From positions 832,001-896,000 of the forward strand of contig OZ243972.1 in assembly GCA_965214705.1 (NCBI GenBank): DNA of 64,000 nucleotides, given 5' to 3'. The notes beneath the pieces were generated by a model. The model did no database searches, had not been told where the DNA came from, and saw only the letters and a list, made by a program, of their open reading frames with translations. A program made the position numbers and the translations under genes. The stretch comes from Alphaproteobacteria bacterium. Its GTDB lineage: Bacteria; Pseudomonadota; Alphaproteobacteria; UBA828. Shown one piece after another: positions 44,201 to 58,023 of the stretch (positions within the stretch are counted from its first letter, which is position 1; every line of letters begins with the position of its first letter).

Positions 44201-44311
44201 AGCGCCCGTTCGCTTTCGGCCAGTGCCCGGCATTCGTCGCGGTCGACGTCTCGCCGACGAGCTTCTGCCGGGGAAGGGAGGCCGTTCGTGAGGTTTGAAA
44301 GGAATGAAGGC

Positions 44312-45361
44312 ATGGTTCCAAGAGGCTCGTCCCGGCTCGCGGCGAGACTCGGGGCGTGGGTCTGCGGCGCGTTCGTCCTGGTTGCCGCCTGTGCCTCCGG
44401 GTTCGCTGCGTTGCCCTCGGCCTGCACCACGGACGGGCGCGTCCTCGTTGTCGGCTTCTACGCATTCTTCGCGCCGGTGAGCCACAGCGCCGACGGCGAC
44501 CCCGGGTCCGACGGTTTCGACACCCATCTCGGCTACGAGGCGGATCTGCTGACCGCCCTCGAGGCGATGGAAGGCGCGGGACTGTCGTTTTCCCGCCGTG
44601 GTATCGCGGTCTGGGAGAATATCTGGTTGCGTCCGGTCGGTTCGCACTACGACGTCGTGGGCGGCGGCATCACGATCCTCGACTCCCGGACCCGCGACGC
44701 GGCGGGCGAGAAGGCGGTCGTCTTCACCTCGGGTCATATCGCGTTTCGCCAATCGCTTCTGGTGCGCGCCGACGATGCCGGGCGCCTTGCAGGATATGAC
44801 GATCTGACCGGCGATGTGCGCGTCGGCGTTCTGGCCGGAACGACGGGGGAGTTCCGCCTGTTGGAGTTGACGGGCCTCGTCGATGCGGCCGGCGTTCTGG
44901 CCACGGGGGCGCGCGTGGACACGCCGGGCGGCGTGGCGGTTGCCGACGGCAGCGTAGCTTACGTCATCAATGCCGCCGGCGCATCGCCGCAACTCGTGGG
45001 ACGGCGGCATATCCACCCGCCATCGAACGCCATGCCTCAAGTAGTCTATCTCGGCGACGAAACCGGCGAGACGGAACTCCTCGAAGCCCTTCGCACCGGC
45101 GGGATAGACGCGGTGGCGAGAGGCGAGATCGGCAACCGCGACGCCGCGGTCGACGGCGCCTTCGCTGTCACGGCTCTCGATTCCCGGACCGAACATGGCG
45201 GCTTTGCGCTTGCTGCAACGGACGCGGCGCTGGCGGCTTGCTTCGACCGCAAGATCGACTGGCTGACCGATGGCGGGCGGATCGGGTATGGCGAGTGGCG
45301 CGGCGACTCCTCGGTCTTCATGCAGCGCGCCGAACGGTGGGACCTCGATCGGGAAGGTTGA
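44312..45361 (+). CDS. Periplasmic substrate-binding protein (family 3-like)
   Basis: FFAPVS, GYEADLL, GITILDSR, VGVLAGTTGE; start uncertain. Confidence 0.7.
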   Translation: MVPRGSSRLAARLGAWVCGAFVLVAACASGFAALPSACTTDGRVLVVGFYAFFAPVSHSADGDPGSDGFDTHLGYEADLLTALEAMEGAGLSFSRRGIAVWENIWLRPVGSHYDVVGGGITILDSRTRDAAGEKAVVFTSGHIAFRQSLLVRADDAGRLAGYDDLTGDVRVGVLAGTTGEFRLLELTGLVDAAGVLATGARVDTPGGVAVADGSVAYVINAAGASPQLVGRRHIHPPSNAMPQVVYLGDETGETELLEALRTGGIDAVARGEIGNRDAAVDGAFAVTALDSRTEHGGFALAATDAALAACFDRKIDWLTDGGRIGYGEWRGDSSVFMQRAERWDLDREG

Positions 45362-45902
45362 GGGACGGAATCGCGCGCCGCCAACCACGGCGGCGGGATC
45401 GTCACGCCGCATCGCCTGAGACCTCGCGGGTTTGGGCGATCACGGGATCGACCGCGGAACGCAGGGCTTCGTCTTCCGTGCCCCGTCAGGGCGGCGGAGA
45501 CGGAAACGGTCGAGCCGCCGGTCGCCGGTACGGCTTCATCAGAGAGGGCAAGCCAGGCAACTGCGGCTCTCGCGTGCGCAGGTCGAGCGGATTGTCGGCA
45601 GGCCGAAGCGTGTCGGGAGCTGACGCAGCCGACGGCCAAACGAGGGGCGGAGAGGGTCGCCTTCAGGACGGGAACACTGCGCACATGGCAGTTGACAGCC
45701 CGGCTTCGTGTCGAGGCTGAGGAGCATGTTCACGGCAGCCACTCGCGAAGCGCGAATCGCACAAATGGAACCGTTCGCGAAGAAGTCCTGAATTTCACGA
45801 ACTTGCCATTGCGGGCGGCAGACCTCGCCGTCGAGCATGGACGCGCTGTGAGGCCGCACAGGGGTGCGGCCGGCCGGATCGCCCGAAACAGGAGGTACTG
45901 TC

Positions 45903-46334
45903 ATGATGATCGGATTGCTCGCCGCCGCCGCCGTGGCCGCACTCGTCAGCGTTGAAGCCGCGGCCGCCGACCTTTCCATCGAGGTGCACGGGATCCGCTC
46001 CGACGACGGACGGCTCTACCTCGCCGTTCACGGACCGGGGGAGAAGGACTCCTTCCCCGCCGCAACCGATGTGGTGAAAGGATTCCGCGAGCCCGCCCGC
46101 GCCGGGACAGTGCGATTCGTGGTGCACGACCTCGCTCCGGGACGGTACGCGATGACCGCGTTCCATGACGAAAACGACAACGGTGAGCTCGACACGGACG
46201 AACGCGGGATCCCCTCGGAAGGATATGCGTTCGGGAACGACGCGAGCGCTGCCTTCGGGCCGCCGAGCTTCGACTCCGCTGCCGTCACCGTCGACGGCAC
46301 GTCCACCGTCGCCGTGATGACAATGCAGTATTAG
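45903..46334 (+). CDS. DUF2141-family secreted protein
   Basis: AGGAGG RBS, signal peptide, PGRYAMTAFHDENDNGELD..GIPSEGYAFGN..GPPSF. Confidence 0.88.
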   Translation: MMIGLLAAAAVAALVSVEAAAADLSIEVHGIRSDDGRLYLAVHGPGEKDSFPAATDVVKGFREPARAGTVRFVVHDLAPGRYAMTAFHDENDNGELDTDERGIPSEGYAFGNDASAAFGPPSFDSAAVTVDGTSTVAVMTMQY

Positions 46335-46489
46335 TGTCTCCGCCGCTCGGCAGGGGAGGGGGGCCGGAGTCGGTCCCCCTCATCGAGGTCAGGTCGAATT
46401 GTCTTGGCCCAATCTGAACAACGGAGCCGCAATTGTCGCCGCTGTGAATATAGCCGGCTTGTCTACGCTGGACCCGATGGGCAGTCGCT

Positions 46490-46597
46490 ACGTTGAGCCG
46501 GGCGGGCCTGGGCGCCCTGGAGCCCGGCCAGCGTGTGAACCTCATGGTGGAGCAGGGAGCGCGCGGGCCCCAGGCGACGGATGTCGAACCGATCCGA
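46490..46597 (+). pseudogene. Cold-shock domain C-terminal fragment
   Basis: TLSRAGLGALEPGQRVNLMVEQGARGPQATDV; the RNP1/RNP2 half is missing. Confidence 0.65.
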
Positions 46598-46717
46598 GCG
46601 GTGCGCCGCGCATCCGCCCGGCAGTACCGGCGCCGACGGCGGCCGGCATCGCATCTATCGCAAGGGAGAGCGCGCCCCCAATGCGGGCGCCGTTCGGGCC
46701 CGGTGGAGAGGAGCGCC

Positions 46718-47059
46718 CTATTCGACCATCCGCTTGAGGCCCGCGAGCGGCCGTACCTTGACCGCCGTCGAGGCCGGCTTGGCGGGCACCTGGATCTCCT
46801 CCCCCGTGCGCGGCGAGACCATCGTCCGCGCCTTCCTGGCGGGCTTGCGCGCACGTGTGATCCTCAACAGGCCGGGAAGCGTGAAGGTGCCGACGGCGCG
46901 TTTCTTGATGTGGCGCTCGATGAGAAGCCCCAACTCGTCGAGCACCGCCGAGACGTCCCTCTTCGGAAGCCCCGTCGATTCGGAAAGCGAAGCCACCAAT
47001 TGCGTCTTGGTCATCGCCTTCTTGAGCGCGGTGGCCTTGCGGGGAGGGGATACCGTCAT
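46718..47059 (-). CDS. HU-family DNA-binding protein
   Basis: MTKTQLVASLSEST, FTLPGL, KPARKAR..SPRTGEEIQVPAKP. Confidence 0.9.
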   Translation of the reverse strand: MTVSPPRKATALKKAMTKTQLVASLSESTGLPKRDVSAVLDELGLLIERHIKKRAVGTFTLPGLLRITRARKPARKARTMVSPRTGEEIQVPAKPASTAVKVRPLAGLKRMVE

Positions 47060-47208
47060 GTCCTGAGCCTCCGATGGTGTGGCTGAGGGCGGCTGGATAC
47101 TACGCCGGCAAGCCGGTGCCAAGGCCGCGCGCAAACGTACGCGCCCGGCCGGCACCGGGAAAGGAACCGGCGGGCCTCGCCACGCGCCGACGGACCCGCC
47201 CGCTCCGG

Positions 47209-48774
47209 TCAGCGCCCTTTGCCGTCCAGAGCGTATTCCTCCGCCCGCCAGGCGGCCAGACTCGAGTCGAGAACATGCTCCATGACCGGCAGCGTCTGCA
47301 GCGCCGCGCCGTCGATCAACGCTGCCGCCGTCGCGGCGAAGGACCGCCAGTCCCCCTCCCCCGTTGCGGCACTCAACACGTGTGCCGCTCTCGCAATGAG
47401 AAGCGACCAGTAGTCGCGCCGCCTGTCGAGCGCCGCCCGGAATGCCGCAGTCGCTTGCCGCCGGCCGCCAATCCCCTTCACTGCCTCGTCCACGATCGCC
47501 GTGCCCTCGTACCAGGTCTTCACCAGACTGTGGTCGTAGGGCCACTCGGCGCTCCGCTCGATTAGCCGCGCCCGCTCGCGAGGCCGCAAGCCCGCGATCT
47601 CGCCCGCAGGGTCAACGTGCAAGAGCCAGTCCTGCGCCGTCATCGGCTGCGGCTTCAGCGTGCCCAGGCCGCAGGCCCGGGCCACGTCGATCAGGCCCGG
47701 CGGCCCGGGCTTCCCGGCAGACAGACCCTCCGCAAGCGCCGCCGATAGCGCGGGCTCCAGCGCCTCCAAAGCCAGCTCCATGTTGCACGTCTGAGCCAAC
47801 TGGCCCGACAGCATGGCTCCCGCCTCCTCCCCCCGAACCAGGAAAGCCTCCTTCACCCCATGACCGATCTTCAAGAGCACCAGGGCGGCCGCAGGCCCGT
47901 CCGCGCCCTCGAGCGAGACCGCGAAGCTCTGGCTGCCCGAGCCGTCCGGCAAGGATCCGAGAAGCCCGGCAGGCCGAAGCGCAGGACGCTCGAGCGGCCC
48001 GGCCAGCTCGTGCCGCCGCGCGCCCCGAAGAGCCGCGTCCAACGCCGCGCGGGCGTCGTCCGCCGGAACCCAGATCCGGATCAGCGGCAGAGCCGAGGCG
48101 GCCGCAGCATCGAGGCTGCCCCGTTCCGCCCGCTCCCCGAGGCCTGCCGCCGCCGCCCGGCGCACCTCCGGCGCCGGATCCAGCAGCCAATACAGCGCGA
48201 GGGGGCCGCACCACGCCTCGTCACGCCCCGCCACCTGATGCACGAAGGCCAGGCGCAACGGCGGCGGCATCCCGCTCAGCAGCTCGTTCAGAAAGCCGTG
48301 CAGCATGTAGTCGTCGCCGTCCGCCTCGCGCCGGAGACCGTCGATTTGTGCATCGAAGTCGTCCGGCAACCCTTCAGCCTCGATTGCGCTCCCCGCGCCC
48401 GTCATGAGAGCCGACACCAGGGCCTGCGGCACCTCCAGCTCGGCAATGGCGTAGGCCCGGGCCAGGGAAACGCCCGCATCGAGATCCAGGCCGCCGGACC
48501 CGCACAGCGCGGCGATCGCCTCTTCCGCCTCCGACAGAAAGCCGGCGCCCAGCCGTCCGCGGTTCTCCTTGTTCATACGCGCCTGGTCGAGCAGCAGCGT
48601 GAACAGGGTCAACCGCGCTTCCGCGTCCGCCTTGCCGCCCGAGATCAGCGCCGAGGCCGAACCGGGTGTCCCCAGGAGCAACGTGCTGCGGTCCCGCGCC
48701 AGGCGCATCGCGGCGTCGGGGCCGTCTGCCTTGCCGAGCTGCTTGAGAAGGGAACGAAGCCGAGCGTCCGACAC
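47209..48774 (-). CDS. Hypothetical protein (521 aa)
   Basis: Long ORF with AGAAAGGAG RBS before GTG; no family recognised. Confidence 0.75.
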   Translation of the reverse strand: MSDARLRSLLKQLGKADGPDAAMRLARDRSTLLLGTPGSASALISGGKADAEARLTLFTLLLDQARMNKENRGRLGAGFLSEAEEAIAALCGSGGLDLDAGVSLARAYAIAELEVPQALVSALMTGAGSAIEAEGLPDDFDAQIDGLRREADGDDYMLHGFLNELLSGMPPPLRLAFVHQVAGRDEAWCGPLALYWLLDPAPEVRRAAAAGLGERAERGSLDAAAASALPLIRIWVPADDARAALDAALRGARRHELAGPLERPALRPAGLLGSLPDGSGSQSFAVSLEGADGPAAALVLLKIGHGVKEAFLVRGEEAGAMLSGQLAQTCNMELALEALEPALSAALAEGLSAGKPGPPGLIDVARACGLGTLKPQPMTAQDWLLHVDPAGEIAGLRPRERARLIERSAEWPYDHSLVKTWYEGTAIVDEAVKGIGGRRQATAAFRAALDRRRDYWSLLIARAAHVLSAATGEGDWRSFAATAAALIDGAALQTLPVMEHVLDSSLAAWRAEEYALDGKGR

Positions 48775-49038
48775 CGACGCGCTCCTTTCTTCTGTGGGCT
48801 ATTTCCCCTGTGGGGCCGCCGGTCGATCATGGCATGCGCGGCATGGGGAACAAGGGGCATTCTTGTGCCGGCGGCGAAAAGGCCGCGCCGGGCCGGGCCG
48901 CTGGCGAGGGCGCGAGGCAGGTCGTTGCCGGGCGCGCAGCGACGCCTCAGAATGAGCGGAAGAATCGATTGGCTTTCGAAGCGGAAGCAGCGTTCCATGG
49001 ACCGCGTGGGACGGCACCGTCGAAAGGGAACCGGGCGC

Positions 49039-49416
49039 ATGACCGAGCGGCGCTGGCAGGACATCTGGATGGAGCAGTGCGAGGCCGCCGAGGCCGTCAT
49101 GCACCGCTTCGGCGTCGAGGCCGCCTTCGACTACATCGTCGGCGAGAAGCTGGTGAGCTTCGCGCAGGCGGCTGCGGAGCGCCCGGAGTTCGCGCAGGCT
49201 TTGCCGGGTTTCGTGTCGCGGCTGAGGCGCATGTTCACGGCGGAGGAGATGCAGGACAATTTCACCCGGTTCGAGCGGCTGTTGCGGGACAAGGAAGAGG
49301 CTGCTGCGGAAGCCCCCGAGTTGAGCATCGAGGATCCGAAGGCGATCGCCGAACGGGCGCGGCAGCTGGGTCTTCTCAGGGAGTTGCTATTCGCTCCCGC
49401 GCTCGGGACATCGTGA
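49039..49416 (+). CDS. Hypothetical protein (125 aa) coupled to recD2
   Basis: MTERRWQDIWMEQCEAA..FDYIVGEKL; stop overlaps the recD2 GTG. Confidence 0.7.
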   Translation: MTERRWQDIWMEQCEAAEAVMHRFGVEAAFDYIVGEKLVSFAQAAAERPEFAQALPGFVSRLRRMFTAEEMQDNFTRFERLLRDKEEAAAEAPELSIEDPKAIAERARQLGLLRELLFAPALGTS

Positions 49417-51622
49417 CGCGGGGAGCCCGGCCGCAAGCGCAGTCTTCGGATCGCGAGGTCCTGGCCGGGCTGGTCGAGCGCGTCACCTTCCACAACCCCG
49501 AGAACGGCTTCTGCGTGCTCCGGACCAAGGCGCGGGGCCATCGCGACCTGGTCACGGTGGTGGGCCACGCCGCCATGGTCGGGGCCGGGGAATGGATCAC
49601 GGCGTCCGGCGAGTGGATCAACGACCGCACCCACGGGCACCAGTTCAAGGCGCGCTTCATGCGCACCTCCGCCCCGTCCTCGGTCGAGGGCGTCGAGAGG
49701 TATCTGGGCTCGGGCACGATCCGGGGCATCGGCCCGGTCTACGCCGGCAAGCTGGTCCGGGCGTTCGGCGAGACGGTCTTCGACGTCATCGAGGCGGCGC
49801 CCGAGCGGCTGCGCGAGGTGACGGGGATCGGCAAGGTCCGGGCGAAGCGCATCACCGACGCCTGGGCGGAGCAGAAGGCGGTCCGCGAGATCATGGTGTT
49901 CCTGCACAGCCACGGGGTGGGCACGGCGCGGGCGGTGCGGATATTCAAGACCTACGGCGCCGACGCCGTGGAGGTCATGACGGAGAACCCGTACCGGCTG
50001 GCCCGCGACATCCGCGGCATCGGGTTCAAGACCGCCGATGCGATCGCGATGAAGCTCGGCATCGAGAAGACGGCCATGGTCCGCGTTCGCGCGGGCATCT
50101 CGTGTGCGCTGACCGAGGCGATGGACGAGGGGCATTGCGGCCTGCCGGCGGACGAGCTGGGACCGCTGGCATCCCGGCTCCTGGAGGTGCCCGACGACCT
50201 GATCCGCACCGCGCTCGACCTGGAGCTGGCGGAGGGCACCGTGGTCGCGGACACGGTGGAGGATATCCCCTGCATCTTCCTCGGGGGCCTCTACCGGGCG
50301 GAACAGGCGATCGCGGAGCGGCTTCTCAGGATCGCGGCCGGCAAGCTGCCCTGGGCCGCAATCGACGCGGAGAAGGCGCTGCCGTGGGTCGAGCGGAAGA
50401 CGGGGCTCACGCTGGCGGCCGGTCAGGCCGAAGCGGTCCGTCTGGCGCTCACGTCCAAGGTCACGGTCGTCACCGGGGGTCCGGGCGTCGGCAAGACGGC
50501 GATCGTCAACGCGATCCTGCGCATCCTCTCGGCCAAGGGCGTGGACATTCTCCTGTGCGCGCCGACCGGGCGCGCCGCGAAGCGGATGAGCGAGGCCACC
50601 GGGATGGAGGCGAAGACGGTGCATCGCCTGCTTGAGGTCGATCCCCGGCACGGCGGGTTCAAACGCGACGGGGACAACCCTCTCGACTGCGGCCTGCTGG
50701 TGATCGGCGAGATCTCGATGGTGAACGTCATGCTGATGCGGGCGCTGCTGACGGCGGTGCCCGACGAGGCCGCGCTGCTGATCGTGGGCGACGTCGACCG
50801 GCTGCCCTCCGTGGGACCCGGCCAGGTGCTCGCCGACATCATCGCATCCGGCGCGGTCCCGGTGGTGCGGCTGACCGAGGTGTTCCGCCAGGCGGCGCGA
50901 AGCCGGATCGTCACGACCGCGCACGGCATCAACCGGGGCGCCATCCCCGATCTCTCGCGACCCGACAGCGACAGCGACTTCTATTTCGTACCGGCGGACG
51001 ATCCGGAGACCGCCGCCGCGAGGATCGTAGAGCTGGTGAAGACGCGCATCCCGAAGCGCTTCGGCCTCGACCCGGTGCGCGATATCCAGGTGCTGTGTCC
51101 GATGAACCGCGGCGGCGCGGGCGCGCGTTCGCTCAACATCGAGCTCCAGTCCGCCCTCAACCCTGCCGGCGAGCGCAAGGTGGAGCGCTTCGGCTGGACC
51201 TTCGCGCCCGGCGACAAGGTGATTCAGATCGAGAACGACTACGACAAGGAGGTCTACAACGGCGACATCGGCCATGTCGCCGACGTGGACCCCGAGCGGG
51301 GGAGCTGACTGCGCAGTTCGAGGGAAGCGATCACGTCTACGGCTTCGGCGAGCTCGACACGCTGGTGCCGGCCTATGCCGCGACCGTGCACAAGAGCCAG
51401 GGCTCGGAGCATCCGGCCGTGGTTATCCCGGTTCTGACGCAGCACTACGCCATGCTGCGGCGCAACCTGCTCTACACAGGCATCACGCGGGGCAAGCGGC
51501 TGGTGGTCCAGAAGGCGGTGGCGATCGCGGTGCGCAACGTCTCGGGCCGGCGGCGCTGGTCGAAGCTCGACGAATGGCTGGACCGCCGCCCGGCTCGTTC
51601 CGACGCTCGGCGAACGTCGTGA
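49413..51622 (+). pseudogene. recD2: RecD2-like helicase, frameshifted and degenerate
   Basis: LAGLVERVTF, GIGFKTAD, TGGPGVGKT, APTGRAAKR, AYAATVHKSQGSE. Frameshift near 51300; Walker B reads VIGE instead of VIDE. Confidence 0.88.
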
Positions 51623-51653
51623 CGAGCGGGCGCGGCCCCGCAATCGCCGCCGC

Positions 51654-51815
51654 TCAGGGAGACGAAGGCCGGGCGCCGCCGCGAAGGATATCCTCGCCGA
51701 TGCTGGCCGCGATCCGCGCCGCAGACGCGTTCATCGCTTCCCGTGTCAAGTGAGCGTACCGCGCCGTCGTCGGCACCTCTGCGTGGCCCAACAGCCGCGC
51801 GATCATCGGAAGGCT
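51654..51815 (-). pseudogene. Tyrosine integrase C-terminal remnant
   Basis: ESLPMIARLLGHAEVPTTARYAH (box II LLGH..TT.RY). Confidence 0.8.
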
Positions 51816-52094
51816 CTCGCGGGCCTCAAGCGGATGGTCGAATAGAGCCTTCCTCTGCCCGACCCGGCTTGCGCCCACCTCGCGAACGGAGATATCACCC
51901 ACATACTTTCAATCGGCCTTCCCCTTGAAATACGCCCTTTCCCCGAGCGGCATGGCTGAGGTTGTTCTTGTTGGCCCGCCGGCACTTCGTCGCCGGGGTG
52001 GGCAACCGCGTCGCACCTTGACGCCATCCGCTCCGTCCCTCCACCGGCGCGCTCTGGCCTGATTGCCGTCGGCCATGCCACAGTCGAAGCCGTC

Positions 52095-54011
<1,917 letters not shown>

Positions 54012-54894
54012 GCGCCCTCACGCCCCGTACCGCGCCGTGTCCGTGCCGCGACAACGCCAGGGCGACGAGGCACGCATCCAACCGCCAACCCGGCTGCTAC
54101 AACGTCACCCTGCCTTGGTGACGAAATCACCGAATAAGCGCACTTCTCGGCAGCCATCGACACCACTTGACGGCTCCCGCCGCGCCCAACCCTGGCCGGG
54201 CTCAGTGAAAATCGCGGCTGCGGAACAGCTTCTTCGCCTGCTCGCGCGGATGCCGCGCACCGGCGGCGTTGCGGACGGAGGTGCGTTGCGGCGCGACCGC
54301 AGCGGCCTCCTGCGCCGGCGTCCGGCCTTGTTCTCCGCCTCGGGCGGCGGCCGGTCGTGCGACATCGCCGGCGCCCGGACGGGCAGGATCCATGCCGGCG
54401 CCGTTCCGTCGTGAATCCCCGAGGGAGTCGAGCAGAACGGACAGGTCCTCGATTCTCGACGAGATCACGTGGGCGACGATACCCTCGCGCTGCAGCCTGC
54501 CGCGGATGCGCAGCAGCCGGCCGGCCATGACCTCCTTGCGGTGCTTCTCGAACGTCTTCGGCCAGACGACGATGTTGGCGACGCCGGTATGGTCTTCCAG
54601 CGTGATGAAGATCACGCCGCTTGCGGTGCCGGGACGCTGCCGCGTGATGACGAGGCCGGCAACGGTCATCCATCGGCCGTCCGGCGCATCGCGGATATCG
54701 GCGGCGCAGACGAACGGGCCAAGAGACGGCGCGAGCAACGAAACCGGATGCTCTCGCAGCGTCAGCCGCGTCGCGACATAGTCCTCGAAAACCTCTTCGC
54801 GCTCGGACATGGCCGGCAAGCGGGCGGGGACATCGGGCAGGCCCTCGCCGGTTTGCTCGAACAGCGGCAGCGGACGTTCGCCGCCGAGCCCCTT

Positions 54895-57054
54895 CCCAAG
54901 TTGGCACTTTTCCGCTGCCTGTGTTCCCTATTGGTTTGATTCAACGCGATATTTTTCTCGGTCGATTCCAACATGGCCCCACATTTTGTGAGATTCTGTC
55001 AGCTCATCAGACGGGTCCTCGTGCGGTGGATGGCGGGGTCCACGCCCGCCGCCGAGGAGATTGCGGCAACCTCGGCGGCCGGGCGCGTGTCCTGGCGGTT
55101 GACGATCAAGGTGCCGTCGGTCTGGCGCAGGCGCGTGGTGATCCGCACCCAGGTCCGCATGCTCTCGCGGATCGACGCCCAGCACTTGTGGATGCCGCGC
55201 GCGGCCAGCCGGGTACGGATCAGATGCACGGCGTGGTAGGCCAGCACGGCGATCAGCAGGTGGGCCGCGATGCGCCGGTCGAGCTGGTGCCAGATCGGGC
55301 GAAGGCCGAGCTCGGATTTCAGGCTCCGGAATGTCGCCTCGATATCCGTGATCCGCCAGTACGTCCGCAGGACCGTCTCGATGTCCCAGTCGACGTGGCT
55401 GGTGCGCAGCACATAGGCACCGGCGCCCTCATCGGCCTCGTCGTATCGCGGCCTGCGCTTGAAGCGCACGGCGGTGGCATTGGGGCCGGTTTTCGCCCTC
55501 TCGACCGTGATCTCGTAGTGCCTGGCGACGGCGGAGAAGCGCTGCTTGAGGCGGCCTATGCTCTCCAGCACCTTGTCGTAGCGCTTGAGGCGGCCCTTGA
55601 CCGCAAGGCCGCCGTGGAGCCTTTCCAGCGCCGCCTCGAAGCGGTTCCGCCTCAGGCCGATGATCGCGTTCTCGGCCTTCTTCTTGCCCTCGCTGACGAC
55701 GTAGAGCCGCGCCTCGCCGTCCTCGCTGGCAAGCCGCCAGGCCCGCACCTCGTGGCGCGCGCTGGTGATCAGCAGGGCCTCGGGTCCGCCCTCGGGCGGC
55801 GCAGGCCTGGCACCGCGGCTGACCGCGATCCAGTCGTAGCCCTGCTCGCCCAGCCAGACGATGTTCTCCTCGGTGGCGATGCCCGCGTCCATGACCACCG
55901 TGGGCTTCGGCGCCGTGCCGCCGCACACCGCCTCGAGCCGCGCCAGCGCCTCGTGCAGCGTGCCCGGCTCGCTCACGTTGCCCGGCAGGATCTCGCAACT
56001 GCGCGGGAAGCCCGCGCCGTCGAGCGCCAGCGCCAGCGTGATGAGGGGACAGTCGTCGCGCTTCTGCTTGGAGCGCCCGAACCTGGGAAGCTCGCCGCCC
56101 GTGTGGCCGTGGTAGTGGACGTTGGTGAGATCGTAGAAGGCGATCGTCTCGGGCAGGTCGAGCAGTGCGCGCTCACGGTTGAACAGCTCCCGCTGGATGG
56201 CGGCGCGGTGGCGCCAGAGCAGGTCGCCGATGCGGTAGAGCGTCTTGCGCCGCAGCGCCTTGCGGTCGCCCTCCAGGCCCAGGAGCTCGGCGGCCGCGCT
56301 GTCGTGGCGGAGCCAGCGGCTGGTATCACGCTCGCTGGCGGGATGGACCATCCTGGCGACGATCAGCGCGCTGGCGATGCGCCCGTCGCGGCCCTTGATG
56401 TCGAGGCCGTGGAGGATTTCGGCGAAGCCGAGGGCGTCGAGGGCCTTGAGGCACAGGCGCTCGCAGCCGACCGTGCGCGGGTTCTCGTGCTCCAGGGTAT
56501 CGAGGTCGACGGTGGCGATGTCGGGCTTGCGCGCCTCTTCCTGCATCGCCTCGACGCGGAACCCCCTGGCCCTGAGCTTGGCGACGATGTCCTCGGCTGC
56601 GGCCCGCACATCCGCCTCGCCCTCGAACAGCGGCGGCTTGCCGTGAAGCAGCGCCTCGGCGAGTTCGGTGACGGCCTTCCACTTCTCGCGCGGCACCGGA
56701 TAGTCGGTGCCGAGATTGAGCAGCGTCCTGTGGCGCACCTTGTCGCCGACGCGCTGGGCGAGCACGAGGCGATGGCTTCGGACCGGCTGGCCGGCCTTGT
56801 CGGTGTGTGTCCTGGTTGCCTTGATGTACATGGCGGCGCCGTTTCTGCGATGCCTGTTTCGCATACACGGCGTTCGCGGCATCTGGCAAGAGGGATATCG
56901 ACTCAACTCCAAAGTCCTGGCCCCACAATTGGCTTCCAGGACCACGAATGGCAAATGTGGGTCTCAGGTGTCCTCCAACCCCAACATCTAGTGGTTCAGC
57001 GCCGCAAAACTGGCTCGAACAGGCTCGGCTGGTCGGAAAAAGTGCCAACTTGGG
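54895..57054 (-). mobile_element. IS1634-family element, type A copy 2 (transposase 54999-56831)
   Basis: Near-identical to 8479-10638; TSD CCTT. Confidence 0.93.
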
Positions 57055-58023
57055 CCTTGACCGCCCAGAGCGCGTCCCTGCGGTCGAGCCCGTGTCCGGC
57101 GAAGGCGTCCGCCTCGGCGAGCCTGGCAAGGGCGGCGCGGTCGAGCCCCGCGCGCCGCCAGACCGCATCGATCTCCCGGTATCCGTTGCCGCGCGCGGCG
57201 GCGAGCCAGAGCCCGTCCTCCTCCCTGAAGCCCTTGATCTGACGGAACCCCAGGCGGACCGCCAAAGTTCCGTCTCCCGCGAGCTCCAGGACATTGTCCC
57301 AGTAGCTGCGCTCGACGCAGACAGGACGGACATCCACGCCGTGCTCGCGGGCGTCGCGGACGATCTGGGCCGGCGCGTAGAAGCCCATCGGCTGGGCGTT
57401 CAAGAGCGCGCAGGCGAAGACTTCCGGGTGATGCCGCTTGAGCCAGGCCGACGCGTAGACGAGCAGCGCGAAGCTCGCCGAGTGGCTTTCCGGGAAGCCG
57501 TATCCGGAGAAGCCCTCGAGCTGGCGGAAACAACTTTCGGCGAAGTCCCGGCCGTATCCGTTGTCGAGGCAGCCCTGAACGAACCGTTCCCTGAACGTCT
57601 CGACCGTGCCGGGGCCGCGGAAGCTGCCAAGAGCCCGGCGGAGCCGGTCCGCATCCGAGGCCGAGAAACCGGCCGCCACGACGGCGATCTGCATGGCCTG
57701 TTCCTGGAACAGGGGGACGCCGAGAGTCTTGCCCAGCACCGCTTCGAGGTCGGGCGATGGATACACAACCTCTTCCTCGCCGCGCCGGCGCCGGATGTAG
57801 GGATGCACCATGTCGCCCTGGATCGGGCCCGGCCGGACGATCGCGACCTCGATGACAAGGTCGTAGAAGGTGCGCGGGCGCATGCGCGGCAGGAAGCTCA
57901 TCTGGGCACGGGACTCGACCTGGAAAACGCCAACAGTGTCGGCGGCGCAGAGCATGTCGTACACGGCGGGGTCTTCCTGGGGGATCGTCGCCAGCGTGTA
58001 GTCCAGCCCCTTCCATGTCTTGA

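Larger units (their letters stand above)
46718..51845. repeat. 30-bp perfect inverted repeat (46718-46747 and 51816-51845), identical to the 3' end of the HU gene
   Basis: CTATTCGACCATCCGCTTGAGGCCCGCGAG and its reverse complement. Confidence 0.9.
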
